64,000 nucleotides of DNA from the NCBI GenBank assembly GCA_903813345.2, contig CAIIXF020000001.1, positions 21,452,001 through 21,516,000 of the forward strand, read 5' to 3'. A program made the position numbers and the translations under genes. The notes below the pieces were generated by a model. The model searched no databases. It was not told where the DNA came from and worked only from the letters and a program-made list of their open reading frames with translations. How positions within the stretch are numbered: the stretch's first letter is position 1; every line of letters starts with the position of its first letter. The stretch comes from Owenia fusiformis. Its lineage: Eukaryota. Positions 13,728 to 25,100 of this stretch are shown here, piece by piece.

Positions 13728-16700
13728 ATGGCGCTAGATTCAAGTGAAGAAAGAAATTTTTCGCTAAATTACGAAGAAATCGTACATTTGCAAGTGAGTA
13801 ACAATGATTTTATTTGTTGAAAGTATGCGTGATTATATACTGGTTGAGGTGGATACCCTTTTACCTCAAGAAAGTACCCATCTTTGCTATAGTTAGTTCT
13901 AGTTCAGTAGATTTGTCGAAATTATTTGAATTTCAATTTGATGAAAATAAAAAAACATAAAATACAAAATTGATCCAGACTGACTAGCCGAGACCCTATC
14001 TTTTGCAAGACTTTTGCCTGGCACAACCGTCACCATGTTGTTAAGTGTTTTCAAGTTTCGCAAGGATCCTGCCATGACCGTAGTAGTATTACAATGCTAT
14101 ATAATATATTGCAAGGCCCGTCATGACCGTGATAATGTTAAAGCCTGATATGACTGTGACAAAGGTTATATTAAATGACATTTAGTAACATGAGAATACA
14201 TTAATGAAAGATTTTATAGACTACTAGTTTACTCATAATTCATTTTCACAAACTATAATTCTAATCTCATTCAAGAACGCTAACATCGTCACAGTCATAT
14301 CAAGCTTTAACATTACCATGGTCATAACAGGCCTTACAATCATTGCCACAGTCATATAAAGCTTTGACAGACCTTGTAATAAAGCATTGTCACGGTTATA
14401 CCAGGCTTTCACGATAACACTACCACGGTCATGGCAGGATCCTTACCAAACTTAAAAACACTTAATAACATGGTGACGGTTGTGCCAGGCATAAGTCTTG
14501 CAATAGATAGCATGTGGACTAGCCTTGGCTAAATTTGGAGGAAATGTAGAATGCCACTTTTTAGTGATTTTGAACTGTGAAGTGCAGACTTCAAAATCAC
14601 CAAAAAGTGGCATTCTACATTTCCTCCAAATTTAGCCAAGGCTAGTCCACATGCTATCTATTGCAATATTATCAAAATAGTCTAAAGTGCTCACCATAAA
14701 TAAATTACACCTGGATTTTCTATGACCATTTCATTTGTTTTGTATAATTTACATTTTTTATACTCTCATCCACTGATGTATAGCCTCTTGAAAATTCTCT
14801 TCTTTTTAACATGGGAAATCCTCACTTCAGCAAATCCAGGTGTCATCTGGTGAGCGCTGTAGCTATACCTGGCTATACCTCGTCTATCAAAAAGCTGGAT
14901 TTCTTGAAATATTCAAATGTGTGAATAAATCCTTTAGTGGGGCCTTAGTTCTTATCTGACATCTTCTGATTAAGTTGGAAAGGAAATTTGGAGTTTGGCT
15001 TTCGGTTCGGTACATTAAACAAAAATTCAACATTAAGGTTTGGGAACAAGAAAATCATACCTTTTCATAGCTTTTGGGCCTCAAATCCCTACAAAACAGA
15101 AAAGAAATTTTGCCATATATATTTTCCTATTTAGGAATTCTACATAAAACACACCAAACTTATTTGGCGTTTGAATTAGGAAGGGCTATCAAATAAAAGT
15201 AAACCTTATGGTTTACTCGCAAAACCCATTTGAGGAATTCTGCATAAAATACACTAAACTTATTTGGTGTTTGAATTTAGGAAAGAATATTAAATTGTTG
15301 ATACCTTTCCAGTGTAATACTGCAATATAAATCACTTTTTTTACAGAAACTAGTAGTAACTGAAATGCTATGCTGATCAAAACCATTACGAATACATCAC
15401 GTGGACTGAAAATATTCAATAATTTAAATTTTCAGGCAATATTTAGGGGAGCTTTGGTAAGGAAACAGTTTAATGATATAAAAAAGGAGTACAGATCAAT
15501 CGTGTGTGACATCGAAGAGACCGATCAATGTGAAGTCATATGGCCCACTAAGCACTTAGCTCCACCTATTGTTAGAAGAAAACGATTAAAAAAAAGAAGT
15601 AAGTGAATGATTTCATTCTTAATATTAAAGTTGATTTTAAAAGTGAGATTTTGTAAAATTAGTCGAATTTGGATTTCAATTGGTCGGAGGATGGTCATAT
15701 TATCAATCTGGCTTAGGCTTTATTTCAGATCTTAATCAATTTAAATTTAATTTCAGAAAATAATCTTCACTCTAAAGAAACCAATGGAGAAGAGCCAGAT
15801 ACCAAAATAAACCAACATCAGCAAGACAATTCAAGAAAAGAAGACAATACAGAAATCTTACCTGGCAGCAATGGTAAACTGGGAGTTTTTTCTGATGTAT
15901 GCATTCAGACTGGCGCTTCATTAGAACTTGTACAACAACCTAATGATGGAACTCAACATTTGGATTTGGGTGAAACAAACTCAAATGAACCAATTACTAG
16001 GAGTGATAACATAAGACTTGAACCAGAAATGGACAGGGATGTTAATAAACATCATGATACAGTAAATCTTCAGAGAAAATTTGAATGTGATATTGAACAG
16101 TTTGAACCTCCTACTCATGATAGCCCACAGTCACTGCCAAAAGAAATTATTGCTGGAAGTGAACTTAAACCATCTTGTCATCCGCATTGTGATGCTTCTG
16201 TCTCTCATAGAAACAATGAAAAAACTGAGAATGATCAAATGAAAGTTACATTTAATGATACATCCCTGATGCAAGACACAAATGTTGATATTTCAAAGGA
16301 CTCAATTAACCAGGTCCAACCATTTGCATCAAGTACCCCCAAACATGTTCCCCCTTCAAATTCAAACACAAAGGAAGCTGTATCTACCCATAGTTCAGTA
16401 GAGCTGACAAAGGATCCTCCCAGAAGAATATCACAGTCAGCCATTGATGGGACATCAGTTTGGGATTCTGCATCATTTGAAGGTAAGGATTGGAACATGT
16501 AATGTATTATGTCTTAATCTTAAAGGGTTAAACGTTTTCTTCATCATCTAAATCAACTTCATTTGAATGTGTAATGTACAACGAATGACAGTGATTCGGA
16601 TGATTCCCCCAGCATTAAACCATAGACGAAGAAGAGCACCCACCTGAGATTTTGAAAACAGGATTGCACCCACCTGAAAATTCATTTACACTCACTTGAA

Positions 16701-17517
16701 AATGAGAGAAATTGTGGCATATTTTGACCAATTTTGGTCTACATTGTGAAAATGAGAATTTTGCACCCACTAGAGAAAAAATTCTGCGGAGAACAATGTG
16801 ACAGAAATTAGGTGTGTTCTGATACCCCACTGTAGCCAACACTTCCCCGTTGTATGTCTTCACTTTTTAATTAAAGGGTATCTGTTACACTATGAAGTAC
16901 AGTTCACCATAGTACATGTAGTATGTAAAGTAATCTAGTCGATTATCACATCAAAAAAGCATATCTATATTTATCTATTTTAGATATGTCACTAACTACA
17001 AACCCAAAAGACAAGGTCCAACTAGAGCAACTCAGAAGTAACATTGCCATGGAACTGCTCTGGGTGCAACAGGCCATTAGCAGCAGGAAAAATGTAAGTT
17101 ATCATGCATGATGTCACATTTTCTCTAATAAAAATTTCACCCATCCACTATTTTAAGTATAGTTACACTTGAAAATAGCTGTTGGAAACAGGTAATGTAG
17201 AAAATTAAATTTAATGAAGTTTTACTTGAAAAAACTAGATTGGCTGGTCACTCGTCCTCATAAACAAGTTCAAACTGTGAAAAAGACAAACCTATTAGAT
17301 AGTGTAAATGAGAAAGATAAAAATTCTTCTACTGAAATCCACCTGGCTATTAAACGAATGACACAAATTCCTTCATCTAGATTGGGACCAACGCTATACA
17401 GTATATTTACGTCTATTTTGTACAACTTTTCAGTTCATTGTTTACCTGCAGTTTAGTATATGAACTTGTGTTTTCTAGTATCTGAGGCTGAAGAACAAGA
17501 TGTCTGGAGAGTCATAA
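13728..17517 (+). CDS. IQCC: IQ domain-containing protein C-like, 5 coding exons, 367 aa
   Basis: Exons 13728-13793, 15436-15598, 15757-16482, 16984-17093 and 17479-17517. The N-terminal IQ motif LQ|AIFRGALVRK is split by intron 1, the middle is low-complexity, and the C-terminal helix LRSNIAMELLWVQQAISSRKN|YLRLK is characteristic of IQCC. Confidence 0.88.
13996..14510. mobile_element. Foldback-type element with long imperfect inverted arms in IQCC intron 1
   Basis: About 13996-14090 is the reverse complement of about 14417-14510 (TGCCTGGCACAACCGTCACCATGTT / AACATGGTGACGGTTGTGCCAGGCA). An inner pair lies at about 14110-14160 and 14288-14340. Confidence 0.7.
14498..14666. repeat. Near-perfect palindrome: 77-bp arms, one mismatch, 15-nt spacer
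   Basis: 14498-14574 versus 14590-14666. Confidence 0.9.
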
Positions 17518-19133
17518 CCCCAAACATGTTCTGGTTGATGACATGTAGTGATGCAATTGATGGATACTCCAAAGGTAACTACTGACTAAAATTCCAGTAC
17601 AATATGCCTAGTAGATAAACATTCATACTGTTTATGATTACAAGTTAAATTTGCCCTTAAGGGATCTGAAAGTTGCAAAGTAAAGCAAAATTGGTCACTT
17701 TCCTCCCTCTATGTGCTGCAATCTTGAACAGTTTAGAACATTGAAAATATGTCATAATATAATACATCATGTCCCTCCATGAAGGTCTTAGGTTTCAAAG
17801 TGGCAATATATTATTAGGAGGCCTATCTGTTTTAAGACCAGGTGACATTGTTCTGAAAGCTTTTACCAAATCAGTCTCTTGGTCCTTTGCTGATTCCAGC
17901 TACCGGTATTTCTATATAACTTTTAAATGATATGAAACAAAATTAAAATATTTTTTCAGGTTTCACATCAAGAGGCCAGGCTTTCATTGAGTGATGTGAA
18001 GCTATTGAAGCAATCCCTGCTGAACTGGATTATGAGATTTGATTCTGTTGCTTCCTTTGCTTTGATTGAACATTTTGGACTCTGTCGCTATGGAGATGTA
18101 TTTAACTCGTGAACTTGTGATGCAGGTGAGGTGCATGGTCAAATCTTGGGTATAGAGTTCCTGGGAATTCTAGAGACATCACACATGGACAGTATTCAAT
18201 ATATTTGAAAGACTCAAAACACCTGATGGGAATAATCAATATATCATTAGCTAGTCAACTTGGGGCTCATCACCAGAAATCAGAACAGCTTTTAAAATTA
18301 AGAATCCTAGATAAAAAGTTTGTTGTGTCCTTACTACATCTGCATGTGTAACAGGATTTTTTGTTGCAAAAATATTCTGAGAGTGATAACGTAACCTTTA
18401 CTACTAACCGGACTCAATGTTGCCATGGTAATACAGGATTATGCCCTGGTTGAATATTTCAATATCTTGCTATCATCTATAAGATGTGGTTTCTTAACCT
18501 CTTGAATGCCAGCCTCCAAAAAGGGTTTGAAACCAGAGCATTTTTATGTCCCCACCACATAGTGTGGGGCCATATTGTCGGCCTAGGCGCGTCCGTCTGT
18601 CCATCTGTCTGTCCGTCTGTCTGTCTGTCTGTCCGTCTGTCTGTCCGTCCGTACGTCCGGCAGTTTTCTCCAAAACCGCTACAGATATCACCTTCAAATT
18701 TTCAGGGATAACTTACGAGTGCATACAGATGTGGATGAAAAAAAATTTACTCAATACCTACTTCCTGTTGGCCATTTTGAAGTCAAATGCTAAAATCCTT
18801 GTCTGCAAACTTTAAGAAAAACGGCTTCACAGTTGCTTTTAAAACTTTAACATCTTGTTCAGCTCACTTCATTCTAGATCTGATTAGGTTTTGGACCTGT
18901 TAGCTCAGTCATGTCAGCCATTTTGAATGTTTTAAGAAAAGTTAGCGCACGATAATACTTTGTATCATATTGAATGGTGTTTTTCAGTTTTCATACTTTA
19001 ACTTTTTAGTACCTTTATAAATAATTTCAGGTGTACTTTGTTGTAAAAGCTTATGTTATTGTTAACAGTAGTTATATGTGATAATTTTGTAAAAAGATTT
19101 CAGCAAAAACTCATAATCACTTTTTTATTGTCG

Positions 19134-19835
19134 GCCATTTTGGATTTTTCCGTCCTAAAATCTTGTCTGTAAAGTCTTGTCTACGCGTTTTCAGGTGAAC
19201 CGTTTGGTAGATCAATTTCAAATTTTCAGGGATGATTCTTAGTATGAGAATCTAGATCTGATTAGTTTTTGGGCATTCTGGGTAAATGTCAAGGCAGCCA
19301 TTTTGGATTTTCCATCTTAAAATCTTGTCTGTAAAGTCTTGTCTACGCATTTTCAGGTGAACCGTTTGGTAGATCAATTTCAAATTTTCAGGGATGATTC
19401 TCAATATGAAAATCTAGATCTGATTATTTTTAAGGCATTCTGGATAAATGTCAAGGCAGCCATTTTGGATTTTCCGTCTTAAATCTTGCCCGTAAAGTCT
19501 TGTCTACGCGTTTTTAGGTGAACCGTTTGGTAGATCAATTTCAAATTTTCAGGGATGATTCTTAGTATGAAAATCTAGAACTGATTAGTTTTTGGGCATT
19601 CTGGGTAAATGTCAAGGCAGCCATTTTGGATTTTCTGTCCTAAAATCTCGTCTGTAAAGTCTTGTCTACACATTTCCAGGTGAACTGTTTGGTAGATCAA
19701 TTTCAAATTTTCAGGGATGATTCTTAGTATGAAAATCTAGAACAGATTAGTTTTTGGCATTCTGGATAAATGTCAAGGCAGCCATTTTGGATTTTCTGTC
19801 CTCAAATCTTGTCTGTAAAGTCTTGTTTACATGTT
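19134..19835. repeat. ~162-bp tandem repeat inside the HINE, about 4.3 copies here, resuming after 21031
   Basis: GCCATTTTGGATTTT recurs at 19134, 19297, 19459, 19620, 19781 and about 21205. Confidence 0.92.
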
Positions 19836-21031
19836 CAGGGTTCGTACACACCTGGAAATGTCAGGGAAATTGATTTATTTTTCCAGGTGCTGGAAATGTC
19901 AGGGAATTTCGAAATTGGGTCAAAAAGGGCCAAAAATGTCAGGGAATTTTGAAACAGTAGATGTGTCAGGGAAATGTCAGGGAATTTTGTATCATTGTTG
20001 AAAAAATAATGTTCCAGCAAAATACATTTAAGGCTATGATAGGATATCAATGAAATCCAAAATCGAACATTTAGTTGTTTCCACAAATTGCAAATCTTTT
20101 CATTAGGGTTGATTGAATGACATTAAATCTGGTTTAGAACAGTGTGAACATTATACTGAAACTGAACAATAAAGAATATGTATAGATGGTTCAATACAAT
20201 TATGCTTTTCCATGTACATCTGTACTGTAGTAAGCAAGTCTAAGGCCATTCAAAGTTAATTATTACTGGTATATGTTTCATGGTTTGTTGAGGGGTTAAT
20301 CTGAGGAGGGCGGGAGGTGAAAAATTCTTCAGTTTAAAATTGTATTCATCATTTTAAGGAGCTGTCTGTTCGACAGTCCGGTAGTATTCAGTCTATTTAT
20401 CTAACTCAAATATCAGTTGACAGATTTGGTTAAAATGTTATGCTTTTGTTGCTGTCTCTGCTCAGGAAGACACTTGCCATTTTTCATATCATGTTCACAA
20501 TGATAGTATTCGATAAATATGTTTTATTAGGTAGGAATTGCCACTCAAGGGAGTTGCTATTTTTCTTTAGATCAACATTTTTAAGTTTAAGTTTTTATTT
20601 GGATTCATTACAAAACATTAACAAATTATAGTTTGAAATGCTTAGAATGCACCATATACAATTGTCAATTTTGAAAAATTTCCGGGAGTGAACCCCCGTA
20701 CCCCCCTTTGGGTTTCCTTCACTCACAGTGATGCAAACCCCCAAAAATGCACCCCCTTGACACTTGCTGACTATGTCCCTGTACATGTATGTTTACCTTC
20801 GTAAATATGTAAAATTAAGAATATAATGTATCAGGAATAAATTGGTGAATAACGGCCTGTAGAAGTAAAGTTGAGTCATGAGATAAATGTTTCACAATAA
20901 GTCTTGTCTTTTAAACAATACAGTTGTTAGATACTTTTTAGAGGCAGTGCAAGGAAAACTAGATCTGGAAGTTTTATTTTATGCCTGGAAATGTCAGGGA
21001 AATTCATTTTGAAAAAGGTGTACGAACCCTG
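19836..21031. mobile_element. Non-autonomous DNA transposon with 14-bp perfect CAGGG TIRs and a 5-bp TSD (hAT5-like; inner layer)
   Basis: ATGTT|CAGGGTTCGTACAC ... GTGTACGAACCCTG|ATGTT, with repeated subterminal AAATGTCAGGGAA motifs at both ends. Confidence 0.8.
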
Positions 21032-22115
21032 ATGTTTTCTGGTTAACTGTGTGACGGATCAATTTCAAATTTTCAGGGGTGGTTCTTAGTACATGTTTTC
21101 TGGTTAACTGTGTGACGGATCAATTTCAAATTTTCAGGGGTGGTTCTTAGTATGAAAATCTAGAACTGACTAATTTTTTGGCATTCTTGGTAAATTTTAA
21201 GGTGGCCATTTTGGATTCTCCGTCCTCAAATTGTGTCGGTAAAGTCTTGTCTACTCATTTTTAGGATAACCATTTGACAGGATCACCCATAGGTGGGGAC
21301 ATATTGTACACATTTGTGTTCTTGTTCATTTTTTGCCAGTTTTTTGGAGATTTACATCTAAAAACACAATAGTTGATGTTTGATTTCAATCAGATATATC
21401 TGTCGCTCTGGGTCCCAAATGGATTTTATTTGTGACAGATATATCCGTCATTCTGGGTATTCAAGAGGTTAATCGAATATTAGATACTTGTTAAAAATAC
21501 ACTTCAGACACCGTTTTTGAGACAATACTTACAATTGTGAATTTATTTTCACATCAAATAATATTTGTAGTTTTTATGTACATATTTTACAGTTTTTACA
21601 TGTAATGAAATAATACAGGTTTTCATAAATAAGCAGGGATAATCTCTGAAACCGTATACTAGTAAATTGGTTTTATTGCATGAAATTGTATTTGAAAAAA
21701 AAAATGTAATTTGCCTAATTTATAAACAGATCTGATAAAAATAAATCTGTAAAATATGAATAAGAAAGTCATTTAGTTGTTTATCCAAGTTTTATCATTG
21801 TATCACAGTCTATTTGGTTAATAATTAAGATATTCATATTGATATCAAAATCCTGCTTTTTCTCTTTATTAAATCCTTTGAAAAATGAGTATGGTGGCCA
21901 CACATTTTCAGAATAATATTCCAGTGAGGAAATGAACCTTCAGATACTTGAAAAAGTCTCATTTTATAGAAAATCATTGCTGAATACTCTTATCCATGTC
22001 ACTTTCCAAATTGATCCAGTTTCACTCATACATTGACCAGTTGACCACCATGCTGATCTTTAGAGGATAAGCTATTATATTTTTCACATCCACAATGTCT
22101 GTGTTCTATTTCAGT

Positions 22116-25100
22116 CTATGAACTCTCAAAGAATCGTCTGAACTCTTCCAGTGTAATCTTTCCCTCTGGATTATTCGTCATTTGTTTCACAATCTGAAAA
22201 TGAACAGAACATGTTATCTTTTGTAACAGAATAACACTAACAGGTATTTTATTGAATATCATAAAGTAGGCCATTGCAAACTTTAACATTTGTGATAGAA
22301 TAGCTTTTAGAGATGGTGTCATATTCACAAAATTAAAATCATGTTTCAACGAAGCTAGGAATGCATATAATAATATAAAATACATAATAAAAGATTCACG
22401 TCCAGAATAATTCAAAATGCCATTAATGTGCTCATCATGTTAACATAAAGTAATAAAAAGTGTCCATTACATAACATAAAATATATGAATAACTTACAGC
22501 TTCCATGACATCCTGGTCAACAGGCAGGTGTAGTCTTCCACACATATCTGCCAGCTTAAACTGGTCAATGAAGCCAGATCTATTGGTATCGTAACGAAGG
22601 AACATCTCATCGACGCGGTTTTTGTCTGTTATGCTGATCTTCTTCAGTTGACCTTTAACCTCTCGTACAAGGTTCACCAAATCTCCAGACCTGTAAAATT
22701 TGATTGAATTAATTAGAAAGTTCTCTTAACGAGTTCTCATTTGTACATCTGAAGAAAATCAGTTTCTCATTCAAACATGGTAGGAAATTCTAAAGAGAAT
22801 ACATGGGAAAAGCATACATTTGAAATTAGATGGGCCTGGGAAACATTCTAAAAATGGGCTTATTTATTTGTTGAATGCAATCAGCTTCGAATGTTCCACA
22901 ATTACAAAGAAAAGTGTATTTATTGTTTCCATCTTTGTTGCTTCCACAATGTTACATCAGTATAATAATTATGGGCAAGTTAATGATAGCCACAGTTAAA
23001 GGTCTACTCACTTTCTTTGGATGTGCATTGGACCACCTTTCCTTGGTGCATTTGTATTTGGTATTGTGTTGCCTAGTTTAGTTGCAAGTGATTGTATGGT
23101 ATTGGCTGCAAATATAAAAATAAATTCGTTTTACTGCTTGTTGAGTTGCCAAAGACATGAAAGATAGTTTTACAGAAAGGATGGGTATCGATATGGCGAC
23201 CTTTTTGAACACACGTTTCTCTTAAACCAAACAACAAAAAATTCTGAAAATTTTACACATTGTCAATTTAATGGTCATCTTTTGAATGGTAACAATATAA
23301 TTTGAAATAGATATATATATACTTTTCTCTATATTGTTTTAGAAAACACATCGGACACTTCTTGTTGTTCTTGGTATCATATGTTCGGAATGAAATGAAA
23401 CATCTATCTGAGCCTCATTGGAACAAAATGACATAAACACCACGTGTTTATGTCTCTCAATATTATAATTACACAAGGAAAGTTTGGTTGATTTAAAAAA
23501 AGTATCTTGTTAATGAAATTAAAGGTTTATCTTAGTTTTTATCTATTTCGGGGGTTTTTGTTTTAATTTTTTGAATATTTTCTGTTTAATCAACCAAAAT
23601 TTCCTATGTACAACTATATAATATTAGGAAGTCTAAGAAAATGTTGTATATGCTATTTTGTTCAAACAAGCTTCGGAAAGATATTTTATTTCATTCTCAA
23701 GAAATGGTAAAAAGGAACAAAAAACAATTGCACTAAAAACAAAAAATGTTAACAAAAACAAAAATATATATAAATTATTTTAGCATTAAATTGTTGTCAA
23801 TCAGTCAACATTACATAAAAGACCGTGTTTTTTTACAGAATGTTTTCAATAATTGGTTTAAGAGAAAAGCATTGTTGAATTCAGTTCTCCATATCGATAC
23901 CAATCCTTTATTGTTTTTCTAAACTTCAGCTGTACTACAAACTACCAACAATATCCCCTTGATCCACAACACAAAACTTGTTTTACATTTCAATTACTAG
24001 AATGCCTTTGCAATGGGAACATACTGCCTGTACCTCAATACAAGTGGCCGAAACCCAAGAGCTTACAGAGCAATATAGTATTAAGGAAACAAATATTGTG
24101 AAGATTTAGACAGGTACTTTGTAGATGACTTTGTACAACTAACTGATCATACCTGGGAATTGGTTTGCATGGTCTTGCATGTATTGTAGAACAAAAGCAT
24201 CAGCATTCATAATAACGAACCGATGCTTAAACACTTCTATGACAGCCCCTATATAGAAATCCTGGGGTCCATAAAACACGGGTTGGTCTGTATCACAACC
24301 TGGCTTTGCCACTCTGGTTCTTTCTAAGAATTTGCCTCCAATTATTCCACTGTTCCTGACTGGGGGCTCATATATGGTGATCATGTCATCTGCCAGTCTG
24401 TATGATATGATGAATCGCCTATCTCTGTCTTCTGGTTTCACTGAATCCTAAAACGGAAAAATGGTGGTGTAATTAGATCCATGTGAAAACATATATTTAA
24501 GTCACATTTTAAAAATATTAACATGCAGGTAAAGCGATTTCTAAATTTTCAAATCCATTCATGATGGATACTCTTAGAAATTTTGTGATTGTAAGTACTT
24601 GTATCCTAATATAATAATATAAACCATCCTTAATTTCCAGAAAACAAAACATGTATTTAGGATGTAAATGAGACAAAAATAACATAAAATACAAAAAAAA
24701 AACAACTTATATTCAGTGAATAGAATATGAATTACCATACAATAAAACCGGTGGGTCAATTTTTCTTGAAAAGTGGTCAAACTGAGAGACCTAAAGAAGT
24801 AAATCATATTTCAGATATATTAACTTACCATAACTGCTTCAAATCTAAGAACTTTGTGGTCATTCTCCAACATCTTGATGAAGTCTTTCTTTGGTGGTTG
24901 TGGTATAAGAGAGAGACATGACTGGAGGGAGTCTTCCATGGACCCATAGCCATTGTATGCAGCGATTTCCTACAATATAAAATGTACATAAACACATGGA
25001 CATCAGGCAATAAATTGGAGACTGGGGTCAGTTTACATTCTCACTTTGCCTTGTCTTGTTATGAAAAATATTTTAGAAAATTTCCCCTGGGCATTATTCT

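Larger units (their letters stand above)
18541..21326 (+). mobile_element. Helentron-associated HINE/DINE-like element carrying a ~162-bp tandem array (middle layer)
   Basis: T-run, 5' hairpin ATGTCCCCAC...GTGGGGCCAT, a (GTCC/GTCT)n microsatellite at about 18590-18658, subterminal repeat GTGGGG(C/A)CATATTGT at 18564-18578 and 21293-21307, a small 3' hairpin ACACATTTGTGT and a CTTGTT end. Confidence 0.7.
18498..21468. mobile_element. piggyBac-like non-autonomous element (outer layer of a TE nest)
   Basis: TTAA|CCTCTTGAATGCCAG ... CTGGGTATTCAAGAGG|TTAA, with a duplicated subterminal CAGATATATC(T/C)GTC..TCTGGG at about 21391 and 21436. Confidence 0.65.

Noticed and set aside
18484..18815. SVCLSV / TDGQTD ORFs
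   Set aside because: They are translations of the HINE tetranucleotide microsatellite.
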